Assembly (NCBI GenBank): GCA_964202905.1
Contig: CAXNJO010000002.1
Location: 192,001-256,000, forward strand
Direction of reading: 5' to 3'
Source of the DNA: Polyangiales bacterium
GTDB taxonomy: Bacteria > Myxococcota_A > Polyangia > Polyangiales > JADJQN01
DNA: 64,000 nt
Positions within the stretch are counted from its first letter, which is position 1. Each line of letters starts with the position of its first letter. This document shows positions 1-11,300 of the stretch, piece after piece. The notes beneath the pieces are model-generated. The model was not told the origin of the DNA, did no database searches, and saw only the letters and a list, made by a program, of their open reading frames with translations. The position numbers and the translations under genes were made by a program.

Positions 1-845
1 CCGCAAACGCGCAGCGCGAGCGCCGCGTCGCCGGCCGCGTCCGTCGTGCGCATCCCGTCCGCGCGCACGCCGTACATCTGCAAGAGCAGCTGGCGCCCGT
101 CGATCGGCACGGCGATGCCGGCGTTCGTGCCCGCACCGCCTGCCGCCACCGCGTCGCCGTCGACCGTGGCGTCGCCGAGCGACAGCCACGCGGGGCACGG
201 ACCGCTGCGCGCGCCTCGGTCGTAGCTATCACGCGTGATGGTGTATCGACATGCACCCACCGGGCTCGCCGGGTCGCAGCGCAGGCTGTCCGGCGCCAGC
301 GTGCCGAAGAGCAGGTCGAGCCGCGTCGCGGTGCGGTCGACGAACACCGTGATGCGGTCGGCGCCGATCGCATCCGCGAGCGCTTGCGGCAGTTCCGCGT
401 ACGCGCGCGTCACGGACGCCAGCGCCGCGTCGCCCTCGCCGTCGCCGTCGAGATCGCAGGCCGCGTCCGCGTCGAGGACCTCGAGCGCGACGACCTTGAG
501 CGCAGGCGTCGGCGGCGCGGGCGGGAGCGCGCACACCTGCGCGTAGCAGGTCGGCACCGACGCACGCGCCGAGCACTGCTCGTACGACGCGCAGGCGCGC
601 GCGCACGTGCCGACACCGGCGAAGACGCACTCGTCGGTGGGCGCGTAGCAGCGCAGCCCATCCGGGCAGCCCCCGCCGCAGTAGCGCGAGACGGGCGCGG
701 GCTCCGGTGCGCCGCACGCAGCAACAAACGCGGCGACGAGCACGACCCCCGCGACACACGGCGCGGATCGCCCGAGAAAAGCGGCTCCGGACGCGCCGCA
801 CGAAGCGCGCAGGACGGCTGGCGAGACCACGCGGCGCACGCCCAT
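1..845 (-). CDS. Cys-rich putative lipoprotein, 3'-truncated at window edge
   Basis: Frame not in the ORF track, translated by hand: MGVRR...CVAGVVLVAAFVAAC-GAPEPAPVSRYCGGGCPDGLRCYAPTDECVFAGVGTCARAC...DLDGDGEGD. ATG at 845 is 3 nt after the stop of the upstream gene. The start could be further downstream. Confidence 0.7.
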   Translation of the reverse strand, partial: MGVRRVVSPAVLRASCGASGAAFLGRSAPCVAGVVLVAAFVAACGAPEPAPVSRYCGGGCPDGLRCYAPTDECVFAGVGTCARACASYEQCSARASVPTCYAQVCALPPAPPTPALKVVALEVLDADAACDLDGDGEGDAALASVTRAYAELPQALADAIGADRITVFVDRTATRLDLLFGTLAPDSLRCDPASPVGACRYTITRDSYDRGARSGPCPAWLSLGDATVDGDAVAAGGAGTNAGIAVPIDGRQLLLQMYGVRADGMRTTDAAGDAALALRVC

Positions 846-848
846 CGC

Positions 849-1733
849 TCAACGATCCTTCAGGCAGCGACGGCCGGCGCCGCAACCGTAGCGACCCGGC
901 CAGCACACGGCGCCCGCTTCGTCCGTCGCGACGCACGAACCGGCGACGCAGTCGATGCGCCGCGCGAGCGTCACGCCGCACTCGTTGCCGTTCGTGCACG
1001 AGTCGCCTTCGCCGCGATCGCGTTCGCAGCGCCGCGTCGACGTGCTGCAATGCGCGCCCGCCACGCACGACTCCATCGTGCACGCGCCGCCCACGGGCAC
1101 GCGGCCGACGCAGAGGTTCGTGCCGTCCGTGCGCGCATCGCAGCCGAGGTCGGTCCCGCACGCCTCGTCGGTGGCCTCGCCGACGACCCCGCACTCGCCG
1201 CCGAGCTGCGGCTCGACGCAGACCTTGTCCGAGAGCCGACACACGAGCCCCTCGAGGCACGCGAAGTTCAGGAATCCGTCGCACGACTCGCCCGGCCCCG
1301 GCACGCGCCGACAGACCCCGGTCGCGGTGGTGTCGACCGCACACACCTCGAGCGCCGGGCACGTGAGGTCGGCCGCGCACGCCCGCCCCGTCGAACGGGT
1401 CGTCGTGCAGTTGCCCGTGTCGCGCCCCGCCTCGCTGCACGTCGTCGCCATGCACGTCCCGCCGCTGGCGTACGTCATGTGACACGCCGCGCCATCCTCA
1501 CAGTCGTAGACCTGCGCACACGGCTGCCCCACACGCGCCACCGCCGCGCAGCGCCCCGCCACGCAGCGCAGCCCGTCCGCACACTCATGCTCACCGAGAC
1601 ACGCGCCTCCGGACACCACGGGCGCCGCGCAATGATACTGCCAGCGCGCGGCCGAGATCTTCGCGCAGCTCCCGCTGCCGAACGCCGCCACGATCGCCAC
1701 CGCGAGCGCCCCCCACGTCTCGATTCGCGTCAT
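849..1733 (-). CDS. Secreted/lipoprotein with tandem Cys-rich repeats (GxxC-x5-C-xxGLxC type)
   Basis: MTRIETWGALAVAIVAAFGSGSC signal-like N-terminus followed by repeated GGACLGEHECADGLRCVAGRC-like units. Confidence 0.8.
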   Translation of the reverse strand: MTRIETWGALAVAIVAAFGSGSCAKISAARWQYHCAAPVVSGGACLGEHECADGLRCVAGRCAAVARVGQPCAQVYDCEDGAACHMTYASGGTCMATTCSEAGRDTGNCTTTRSTGRACAADLTCPALEVCAVDTTATGVCRRVPGPGESCDGFLNFACLEGLVCRLSDKVCVEPQLGGECGVVGEATDEACGTDLGCDARTDGTNLCVGRVPVGGACTMESCVAGAHCSTSTRRCERDRGEGDSCTNGNECGVTLARRIDCVAGSCVATDEAGAVCWPGRYGCGAGRRCLKDR

Positions 1734-1739
1734 GGGACG

Positions 1740-1768
1740 CGAGTAACGAAACGTCGTCGCCGGGTCAA
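1740..1768 (-). promoter_or_regulatory. Putative sigma70-type promoter TTGACC-N17-TACTCG, 6 nt before ATG 1733
   Basis: Read directly on the minus strand; the -10 box is degenerate. Confidence 0.45.
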
Positions 1769-1883
1769 GCCCGTCACGCGGCTCGCCCCGCGCCGCACGC
1801 CGTACGCCCCCCTGCCCGGCACGTCGGCGGCGGCGCTCTCGACGCTGGCGCGCGGGACCGCGTTGCATGTACCGTACGCCCCG

Positions 1884-2735
1884 ATGACGCGACGTTCCGC
1901 GCTCTCCGTCGCCCCTGCCATCGCGCTCGCGCTCGCGCTCGCCGGTCTCGCTGCGCCCGTCGGCGCGCCGCTCGGGCCGCTGCCCTGCGCCGCGCAGGAT
2001 GCGGAGGCGCCTCCGCCACCGCCCGAGGCGCTCGCGCTGTACCGGCGCGGGCGGGAGCTCTACGCGGAGGGGCGCTACCGCGAGGCGGCCGTCGAGCTCG
2101 AGCGGGCGCAGGTGCTCTCTCCGACGTCGCCGAACCTCGTCTTCAACGTCGCGCGCGTGTACGAGTTGCTCGGCGAGATCGACAAGTCGATCTCGTTCTA
2201 TCAGCGGTATTTGCGGCTGCTGCCGCCCTCGGAGACGGCCGAGCGCGACCGCATCGAGGGGACGCTGCGCCGCCTCGAGGGCGCACGCGACGAGGTGAGC
2301 CGCCCGGCCGAGGCCACCGCGCCGACGCCGCCCCCTGACGCGGCGCTCCGCGATCCGCAGCCGGTGCGCGTGCAGGAGCGCGGCGTCGCCGACGCGCTCT
2401 TCTGGATCACGGCGTCCGCGGGGGCGGCGCTCGTCGTCGGCGGCACGGTCGCGGGGCTCCTCGCGCTCGAGTCGGAGGGCGAGGTGCGGGACTACGTGAT
2501 CGGCGTCGACGGCGCCTTCGAAGATCGACAGACGTTCGCCGACCGCGCCGACGCGCTCTCGGTCATCGCGGATGTGCTCTTCATCTCGGGCGGCGTGACG
2601 CTCGCCGCGAGCGCCCTGCTGTTCGCGCTGCGCGAGCGCACCGTCGAGCGCTATCCGGGGCTCGGGGGCGACGTGCGCGCCGATCTCACGGTGCTGCCCG
2701 GCGGGGGTCTCGTGACGCTGCGGGGTGCGCTGTGA
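1884..2735 (+). CDS. Exported TPR-domain protein with C-terminal hydrophobic segments
   Basis: Signal peptide MTRRSALSVAPAIALALALAG; TPR helices LYRRGRELYAEGRYREAAVELERA and NLVFNVARVYELLG; two hydrophobic helices near the C-terminus. Stop overlaps the next start (GTGA). Confidence 0.85.
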   Translation: MTRRSALSVAPAIALALALAGLAAPVGAPLGPLPCAAQDAEAPPPPPEALALYRRGRELYAEGRYREAAVELERAQVLSPTSPNLVFNVARVYELLGEIDKSISFYQRYLRLLPPSETAERDRIEGTLRRLEGARDEVSRPAEATAPTPPPDAALRDPQPVRVQERGVADALFWITASAGAALVVGGTVAGLLALESEGEVRDYVIGVDGAFEDRQTFADRADALSVIADVLFISGGVTLAASALLFALRERTVERYPGLGGDVRADLTVLPGGGLVTLRGAL

Positions 2736-4103
2736 GCGCGCGCGACGGACGCCCCGGCGCCCGGCGTCCGGCGGCGCTCGCGGCCACGCTCTTCACCGCG
2801 GTGGCGCTCGTCGGCGGCGCGCTGCTCGCGGGTTGCAGCGTCGTGATCGCCCCGGAGAGCGAGGTCATCCTCTGTGAGATCGCGCCCGGCGCGCCCGACC
2901 CCTGCCCCCTGGGCTTCACGTGCGTCGAGGGGCGCTGCCTCGCGCCGATCGCGCCGCCCCCGCCCGCCGACGGCTGCGTGCCCGCCGAGACGGAGGCCTG
3001 CAACGGCGAGGACGACAACTGCAACGGCTTCGTCGACGAGGGCGTCGACGGAGACGGCGACGGCTACACGTTCTGCGGCACGCAGCGCGACGACGCAGGC
3101 GGCTTCGTCGCCGGCCCGCCACAGGCGGCCTTCGTCGACTGCGACGACTCGAACCGCGACGTGTATCCCAGCGCGTCGGATGTGTGCGACGGCCGCGTGA
3201 ACCGCTGCCCCGCGACGGGCTCGCCGGACGACGACGCGCGGTGTGAGGGCGGCTTGGTCTGCGTCGGCGGGCGCTGCGCCGACCCGCTCGACTGCACCGC
3301 GCAGGCGTCGCTGTGCATGCCCAGCCAGGTCTGCGATCCGGCCTCGCTGCGCTGCGTCGCGACGACGTGCACGCCCGAGAGTTGCGGCGCCGGAGAGCGC
3401 TGCGATCCGGGCTTGGGCGAGTGCGTGCCGCTCACGCCGCTCGGCAACGGCTGCAACGTGGACGCCGAATGCAGCACGGGGCTCTGCGTGCTGCGCGCCG
3501 CGCTCGGGCTGCCGGCGGGCGCACCGCGCGGCGTGTGCGGGCGCGCGTGTTGCGAGGACGCGCAATGCGGCGCCGCGGGTGGCGGCGAGTGCGTGCAGGC
3601 GGTGACGGGCGCGCGCACGTGCCTGCCGAGGGGGCGCGCCGCGGAGCTCGGCGTGCCGACGTCCAACACGCGAAACTGCCTCTCGTTCTTCGACCGCGGA
3701 CCCCTCGCCTGCAGCCTCGAGCAGGACGCCGTGTGCCGCTTCGACACCGACGCGGAGATCTGTTCCTTCGTGTTCCTCGCCTCGTGCGTGAGACAACGCC
3801 GTCTACTACTGCGGCGCGCCGTGCGAGTCCGGCGCGGACTGCGCCAGCGGCGAACGCTGCCAGTACAGCGAGGCCGGGAACACCTGGCTCGGCCGCTGCT
3901 ACGGGTTCGACCTCAGCCTCGGCGCCCCCGCGGGCTCGGCGTGCGGCAGCAACGACGCGTGCCGCGACGGCGCGTGCATCGAGGGCCGCTGCGCCGCGCC
4001 GTGCTGCACCGACGCGGACTGCGGGAGCGACCGCTGCGTGCCCTCGCCGGCGGGCGGCAACTTCGCGCCGATGCGCTGCCGCCCGGCGCCCCTCCCCCCC
4101 TGA
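2732..4103 (+). CDS. Cys-rich lipoprotein with myxobacterial putative metal-binding (MopE-like) motifs; apparent +1 frameshift at ~3791
   Basis: Lipobox GALLAGC; EACNGEDDNCNGFVDEG and DCDDSNRDVYPSASDVCDG motifs. Cys-rich sequence resumes in another frame (DNAVYYCGAPCESGADC...CRPAPLPP*) ending at TGA 4101-4103. Confidence 0.8.
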
Positions 4104-4200
4104 TCTGAACGCGCTCGCCTCGCCCCCGGCCGCCACGCGCCGGCCACACGCGGGGCGCTGCGGGGGACGCGCAGCCGCGTGCTAGCATCGCGCCCCGACG

Positions 4201-5742
4201 ATGCGCATCTGCCCGACGTGCCGGACGGTCTACCCGGGAGGCGAGACGCGCTGTCCGCGCGACGGCGCGCGCACGACCGACGCGCGCGAGCACGCCGAGG
4301 CCGAGGGCGATCCGCTCCGCGGCGTCGTCGTCGCCGGCCGCTTTCACATCCTCGAGCGCATCGGCGTCGGCGGCATGGGCACCGTGTACCGCGCCGAGCA
4401 GGTCGGGCTCGGACGATCGGTGGCGCTGAAGATCCTCAAGCGCGAGCTGATTTTCGATCGCGACACCGTGACGCGCTTCCACCGCGAGGCGCGCGCGATG
4501 TCGCTGCTCACGCACCCGAACACGGTGCGCGTCTTCGACTTCGGCGAGACCCCCGAGGGCCTGCTCTTCCTCGCGATGGAGCTCCTCGAGGGTGAGCTGC
4601 TCACCCACCGCATCGAGCGTGAAGGCGCGCTCGACGTGCGGGAGGCGATGGGCTTCGCGGGGGAGATCCTCGCGTCGCTCGCGGAAGCCCACGAGAAGGG
4701 GATCGTCCACCGCGATCTGAAGCCGGACAACATCTACCTCGCGCGCGTCGACGGCCGCGAGGAGCCCGTCGTGAAGGTGCTCGACTTCGGCATCGCGAAG
4801 GTGATCCAGGGCGACCGCAAGATCGACCAACTCGAGACGCAGGCCGGGACGGTCTTCGGCACGCCGCGCTACATGTCGCCCGAGCAGGCGCAGGGGAAGC
4901 GGCTCGACGCGCGGAGCGATCTCTACGCCGTCGGCGTGCTGCTCTACCAGATGCTCGCCGGTCAGGCGCCCTTCCTCGACGACGACGCGGTCGTCGTGAT
5001 GGCGCGCCACATCAAGGAGCAGCCGCGGTCGCTGCACGCCGCGGCCCCCGAGCGCCCGATCCCGGCGACGCTCGAGCGCGCCGTGCTGAAGGCGCTCGAG
5101 AAGGACCCGGAGGCGCGCTTCGCGAACGCCGACGAGTTCATGAAGCGCCTCACCGCGTTGCTGCCCGACGTCGACGAGGCCGCGCGACTCGCGCGGGCCG
5201 GCAAGCGCGTCCGGGGTCCGCTCGCCGACCTGCCTCGCCGCGTGCTCGCGGGCGGAGCCGTCGGCGTCGCGGCCGCCATCGCCCTCGGGATCGCGGTCGC
5301 GGCGGGCCGCGGGGATGAGCCAGCAGCGCCGATCGCGCAGGGCGGTGGGCAACCGCCCGCCGAGGCGCCCATCGCGGCGCCGATCGCCGCGCCCTCGCGC
5401 AGCGTGCCCGTGCGCAGCGAGCCCGAAGGCGCCGAGGTCTGGCGCGACGGGCAGCTCATCGGCCTGACGCCGCTCGCGCTCGATTTGCGCGCGGACGCGC
5501 CTCCCGTGCGCGTCGCGCTCCGCAAGAAGGGCTACGTCGAGTCGTCCGCGCTGCTCGCGCCGGATGGCCCGGGCGCGCTCGTCGCCCTCACCGCCGCGCC
5601 GCGCGCCGCGATGCCCGCCGCGGGCGCACGCCGCCCCGGACAGGTCGGCACGGCGACGCGCATCGGCACCGCAGGCGCAGGCCCTGAGACAGCCTCGCCA
5701 ACGCCGTCGGCGCCGGCCGACCCCTACGAGCGCTTCGACTGA
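4201..5742 (+). CDS. Membrane Ser/Thr protein kinase with N-terminal CxxC motif and C-terminal PEGA domain
   Basis: IGVGGMGTVY, VALK, HRDLKPDN, DFG, GTPRYMSPEQ; TM helix; VRSEPEGAEVWRDG PEGA motif. Confidence 0.95.
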   Translation: MRICPTCRTVYPGGETRCPRDGARTTDAREHAEAEGDPLRGVVVAGRFHILERIGVGGMGTVYRAEQVGLGRSVALKILKRELIFDRDTVTRFHREARAMSLLTHPNTVRVFDFGETPEGLLFLAMELLEGELLTHRIEREGALDVREAMGFAGEILASLAEAHEKGIVHRDLKPDNIYLARVDGREEPVVKVLDFGIAKVIQGDRKIDQLETQAGTVFGTPRYMSPEQAQGKRLDARSDLYAVGVLLYQMLAGQAPFLDDDAVVVMARHIKEQPRSLHAAAPERPIPATLERAVLKALEKDPEARFANADEFMKRLTALLPDVDEAARLARAGKRVRGPLADLPRRVLAGGAVGVAAAIALGIAVAAGRGDEPAAPIAQGGGQPPAEAPIAAPIAAPSRSVPVRSEPEGAEVWRDGQLIGLTPLALDLRADAPPVRVALRKKGYVESSALLAPDGPGALVALTAAPRAAMPAAGARRPGQVGTATRIGTAGAGPETASPTPSAPADPYERFD

Positions 5743-5776
5743 TCACGCGCCGGCGCACGGCCGACCGTGGCGCGTC

Positions 5777-5833
5777 GCGGTCAGGAGCGGCCAGCGCGGT
5801 CAGGAGCGGCCAGCGCGGTCAGGGGCGGCCAGC
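5777..5833. repeat. 3 x 19-bp tandem repeat GCGGTCAGGAGCGGCCAGC
   Basis: Copies at 5777, 5796 and 5815 (third has one mismatch), between convergent genes. Confidence 0.9.
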
Positions 5834-5842
5834 GTGGCGCGC

Positions 5843-8262
5843 TCAGCGGAGCCACACGATCGTGTAGCGGTCGCCGCCCTCTTCCGGGGTCGCGGCGCGA
5901 CTCCGCGCGACGTAGGCGGAGGGCTCGGCGAGCCAGCGGCGCACGACCTCGCGGAGCGCGCCGGTGCCGTGCCCGTGCAGCACGTAGGCGACGCGCTCGG
6001 AGGCGCCGTAGAATCGGTCGAGCGAGCTCTCGAGCAGCGCGACCGCGTCATCGGCGCGCATCCCCCTGAGATCAACCGTGTTTCCCTCGAGTGGCGGGGC
6101 CATCGGCGGCTCGGCGCCCGGCCGCAGCGGCTCGCGCGGATCCGCGCCGTTGCGCCCGCCGCTGCGCGCAACGGGTGTCGGCAGGAGGCGCACCTCGTCG
6201 ACGCCGACCCAGAGCTTGAGCTGCCCGGCCGCGACGCGGACGCGGCCCTTCTGCGGCGCCTCGACGATCTCGGCCTCCGCGCGGAGACGGGGCACGTGCA
6301 CGCGCGTCCCGGGGCGGAGTTGCGCGGCCTCGGGGACACCGCCGAGTTCGCGCAACGTGGTCGCGGGCGCGGGCGCGGCGCGGTGGTCGCCTCCTCGAGC
6401 GTGCCGCCGAGCGCCACCTTCGCGGCGGCCTCGTCCACGACGCGGCGCGCCGCGTCGACCGCCGCCTCGTCGATCCGCTCACCGCGCAGCCGCGCCCGCG
6501 CCGCGCGGACCTCGTCGCGCGTGCGCCGGATGATCGCGACGAGCTGCTCCGCCTCGCGCGACACCTGGGCACGGTCCCGCCCGCGGAGCGCCTCGAGCTC
6601 CCGCTCGGCCGCGGCCCGCGCGACGGCCGCCCGCGCGCGCTCCTCCTCGAGCCCCGCGCGCTCGATCGCGAGCGCGTGCGACTCCTGCTCGAGCTTGCGC
6701 ACGAGCTCGTCGAAGCTGCGGGCCTGATCGGGCAGCACGCGCTTCGCGACCTCGATGACGCTCGCCGGGATCCCGAAGCGCGCGGCGACCACGAGCGCGC
6801 TCGACGCCCCCGGCACGTCGAGCAACACGCGGAACGTCGGCTGCATCGTGACGACGTCGAAGCCGACCGACGCGTTGCGGAGCCTCGCGTCGTGGAGCGC
6901 GAGCGCCTTCAGCGGCTCGTAGTGCGTCGTGACCGCCACCGACGCGCCGCGCTTGCACAGCGCGTCGATGACCGCGCACGCGAGCGCCGCGCCCTCCTCC
7001 GGGTCCGTGCCGCCCGCGAGCTCGTCGAGCAGCACGAGCGTGCGCGCGTCGGAGACCTCGAGGATGCGCGCGACGTTCGTCACGTGCGCGGAGAAGGTGG
7101 AGAGGTTCTTCGTGAGGGATTGATCGTCGCCGACGTCGGTGAGGACGCGCGCGAAGAAGCCGCAGGTGCTGCCCTCCTCCGCCGGCACGGGCAGCCCCGC
7201 ACGCACCATCAGCGCCGCGAGGCCGAGCGTCTTCAGCGCGACCGTCTTGCCGCCCGCGTTGGGCCCGGAGAGCACGAGCGCGTGCCCCGCGGCGAGGGCG
7301 AGATCGTTCGCGACGACGGGCACCGCGTCGAGCGCGAGCAGCGGGTGCCGGGCGCCGCGCAGCGTGATGTCGGCGCCGTCGGTGAGGGTAGGGAACGTGC
7401 AGCGCAGGTCGTGGCCGAGCCGCGCGGAGGCGGCGCGCAGATCCGCGTGATCGAGCGCCTCGCAGGCGGCGCGCAGCGGGGCGGCGCGCTCCCGCACGAG
7501 ATCGGAGAGCACCGCGAGGATCCGCGCGATCTCGCGCTCCATCTCGGCCTGCGCGAGCCGCAGCCGGTTGCCGGGCTCGACGAGCGCGCGCGGCTCGATG
7601 AACACCGTGGCGCCGCTCGCGCTCGCGCCGTGCACGATGCCCTGCAGCTTCTCGTGGGCGTCGGTGCGGAGCGGCAGCACGTAGCGCCCGTCGCGCACCG
7701 TGTAGTAGCGATCGGAGAGCACGTCCGCGTGCTTGACGAGCAGCTCCTCGAGGCGCGCGACGATGCGGGCGCGCAGGTTCCCGACCTCGGTGCGGAGCGC
7801 GCGGAGCGCCGGACTCGCGTGATCGAAGACCGTACCGTCGACGTCGATGGCCGCGCGGAGCTCGTCCTCGAGGGCGTCGAGCGTCGGGTCGGTGGTGCAC
7901 GCCTCGAACAGGCGCGGCATGCGGCGGCGACGCGTGCCGAGGTAGCGGCGAAGCACCCGCGCCGCGCCGACCACGGACACGACCTCGGAGAGCGCGGGGC
8001 CGTCGAGCGCGCCCATCCGCTCGACGCGGGCGAGGTGCTCGCGCAGGTCGCGGAGCCCCTCGAGCGGCACGGGCTCGTCGCTCGCGAGCGCGTCGGAGGC
8101 CTCCGCCGTCTCGGTGAGCGCGACGACCATCGCCTCGTGCGTCGTCGCGAGCGGGAGCGCCACCGCGCCGCGCATGGGGCCCGCGCAGCGCGCGACGACG
8201 GCCTCGACCATGCGGGGCCACTCGAGGTCGGCGAGGGTCTTCGGGGGCGCGGCCTCGAGCAT
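5843..8262 (-). CDS. mutS2: Endonuclease MutS2; apparent frameshift at ~6380 before the KOW/Smr region
   Basis: LEWPR N-terminus; GIVHGASASGATVFIEP, SGPNAGGKT, DQSLTKNLSTFSAH, LLDELAGGTDPEEG, TTHY. Smr domain (VDLRGM...LHGHGTGAL...EGGD) lies in the adjacent frame, 5843-6355. Confidence 0.93.
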
Positions 8263-8379
8263 GCGGGGCGAAGCTAGCAGGTCGTGGTGCAGGTGCCCCC
8301 GCGCCGGCCATCGTGCGTCGGCCTCGCGCGCCGAGCATCGCGCGCCGACCGACCGGGGCGCTCTGGTATGCTCGGGCGC

Positions 8380-11300
8380 GTGAACGCCCGCATCGTCCCC
8401 GCTCGGTCCGCCCGCCTCCGCGCCCCGGTCGCGGCGCTCGCCCTGCTCGCCGTCGCCGCTTGCCAACCCGAGGAGTACGCGTTGCTCCTCGACGTGCATG
8501 CGCGCGGCGACCTGCGCGCCCTCGACGTGTCGGTGATCCCGCGCGACGGATCCGCGCCCGCCGCGACGCTCTCGCAGACGATCCTGCGCGACGCGGCCGC
8601 GATCGCCGCGGACACGCCGATCCGCGTGGCGGTCTCGTTCCTCGCGCCGGTGGACGTCATCGTCAACGTGTCCGGCACGGGCGCCGACGGCCCCTCGCTC
8701 GCGACGCGCTGCTACGCGATCGGCGGCGTCGTGCGCGACGACGCGCTGCTCGTCGACGTGCCCGCGACCGCGGACGCCGACGGCGACGGCTTCCCCGGGC
8801 AGGGCGCCGTGTCGTGCCTCGATCCCGCGGGCGCCGCGGGCAGCGGTCCGTGCGACAACGCCTGCCCCGGCGGCGTCGGCGTCGACTGCCGCGGCTGCAT
8901 CGGCGAGGCCTGCCCTACCGCAGCCGCCGACGCGGACGACACGATCTTCCCGGGCGCGGACGAGGTCTGCGCGGACGGCGTCGATCAGGACTGCGACGGC
9001 CGCGACGCGGAGTGCGGCGATCGGGACGGCGACGGCTACCGCAGCTGCGGCGTCGACAACGCGGGCGCCTGCGACTGCGCCGACACCGACCCGGCCCGCA
9101 ACCCGAGCGCGACCGACGTGTGCGGCGACGGCGTCGACCAGAACTGCGACGGGGCCGACGCCGCGTGCGACCGCGACGGCGACGGAGTCCCCGCGGACCG
9201 GGAGCGCGGCGGCACGCCCGACTGCGACGACACCGATCCGGCGGTCCGCCCCGACGTGGTGGGCGAGCCCACGCGCGAGCGCTGCACCGCCGACGGCGCG
9301 GAGGCGCGCGACGAGAACTGCAACGGCCTCACCGACGAGCTGCCCGAGTGCGCGAGCGACGACCTCGACGCCGACGGCGCCCTCGACTGCGCGCGCACGG
9401 GCGAGAGCGCGGGCTGCGACTGCAACGACTGCGATCCCACCGTCGGCCCGCGCGCGGTCGAGCGCTGCGGCAACGGCGTCGACGACGACTGCGACGGCAC
9501 GGACCGGCCGTGTCTCCCCACGGACCGCGACGGCGACGGCGCGGCGGCGACCTCCGCGGGCGGCACCGACTGCAACGACGACCCGGCCATGATGGGCGCG
9601 CGCTTCGGTCCGAACGCCATCGAGCTCTGCGGGAACGGCGTCGCAGAGCGCTGCGGTGTGGACGCCGCCTGCGCGCTCGACACCGACGGCGACGGCTACG
9701 CGGAGCCGCCGGGCTGCGAGGGCAACGCCGCGGTCGTCCCCTACAGCGACGAGCGCTGCAACGGCATCGACGACAACTGCGACGGCCGCGTCGACGAGCC
9801 GAGCGCGGTCGCGGGCGCGGCGTACGACGCCTGCGTCCTGCCGCGCGCGGGCGAGACGGGCTGCGACGGCGGCCGCTGCGCGGTGCAGTACGCGAACAAC
9901 TTCTTCCACTGTGGCGGCTGCCGCCTCGCGTGCGACTTCACCAGGACCGACGCCTGCATCGGCGGCACCTGCCAGTGCACGACGCGCGGCGGCAGCGTCG
10001 ATGCGTGCGGCGCGGGCGACACGTGCTGCGCCGGCGCGGGCTGCCACGACCTGCAATCGGATCTCAACTTCTGCGGCAGCTGCGGCAACGACTGCGAGGC
10101 GTTGTACGGCGCGCGCGTCGATCGCTGCGCGCTCGGCGGCTGCTCCTGCGGCGGCGGCGCGATCTGCGCCGAAGGCCAGACCTGCTGCGACGGGACGTGC
10201 GTGGATCTGCGCATCGACGCCGGGAACTGCGGGCGCTGCGGCAACCGCTGCGTGCTCGCGCAGGCGATCTCGCTCTGCGACATGGCGAGCTGCGCGGTCG
10301 ATGTCTGCGACAGCAACTTCGACGACTGCGACGGCGCAGCCCCGAACGGCTGCGAGGCGGCGCTCAACCGCGACGTGACGTGCGGGCTCTGCACGCGGCG
10401 CTGCTCGCTCAACGGGAGCTGCACGCCGGAGGGCACCGGCTTCAACTGCACGTGCGACACCGGCTACGCCGGCGACGGCGTGACGTGCAGCGACGTCAAC
10501 GAGTGCACCACGGGCACGCCCTGCGGGATGAACTCCGCGTGCACGAACACGATCGGCGCGTTCACCTGCGCCTGCCTCGCCGGCTACACGAGCGGAGACG
10601 GCCGCAACTGCACGAACGTCAACGAGTGCACCCCGTCGACGGCCTGCGGCCGAAACCTGAGCGCCGCCAACGGCTGCACCGACTCCCCCGGCAGCTATAC
10701 GTGCAGCTGCGCGGCCGGGTTCATGGCGACGGGCTCGGGGCTGATGGCCTCGTGCGCCAACGTCAACGAATGCAGCGCCGCCGCGCAGTGCGGCCGCATG
10801 CTGAGCGGCGGCAGCGTCAACGCCTGCACCGACACGACGGGCGGCTACACGTGCGCGTGCGGCGCGGGCTTCACGGCCTCCGGCTCCGGCCTCAGCGCGT
10901 CGTGCGTGAACGTGGACGAGTGCGCGACGGCCTCGCAGTGCGGCCGCGCCCGCGGCGGCGGCGGCGTCAACTCCTGCGCGGACACCTCGGGCGGCTTCAC
11001 GTGCAGCTGCGGACCGGGCTTCGTGATCTCCGGCTCCGGGCTCACGGCGACGTGCGTGAACGTCAACGAGTGCATGGGCACGAGCGCTTGCGGCCGCAAC
11101 CTCGGCGCGGTCAACACCTGCACGGACACGTCGGGCGGATACACGTGTGCGTGCGGCACGGGCTTCACGGCGCAGGGCAGCGGCCTCAGCGCGACGTGCG
11201 GCGACGTGAACGAGTGCGCGTCGGGCCTCGCCTGCGATCAGGCCGCCGGCAACACCTGCGCGAACAACGCGGGCGGATACACCTGCACCTGCACGGCCGG

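Noticed and set aside
6340..6400. Programmed frameshift separating the MutS2 core from its Smr domain
   Set aside because: No slippery heptamer; one of many indels in the window, so more likely a sequencing error.
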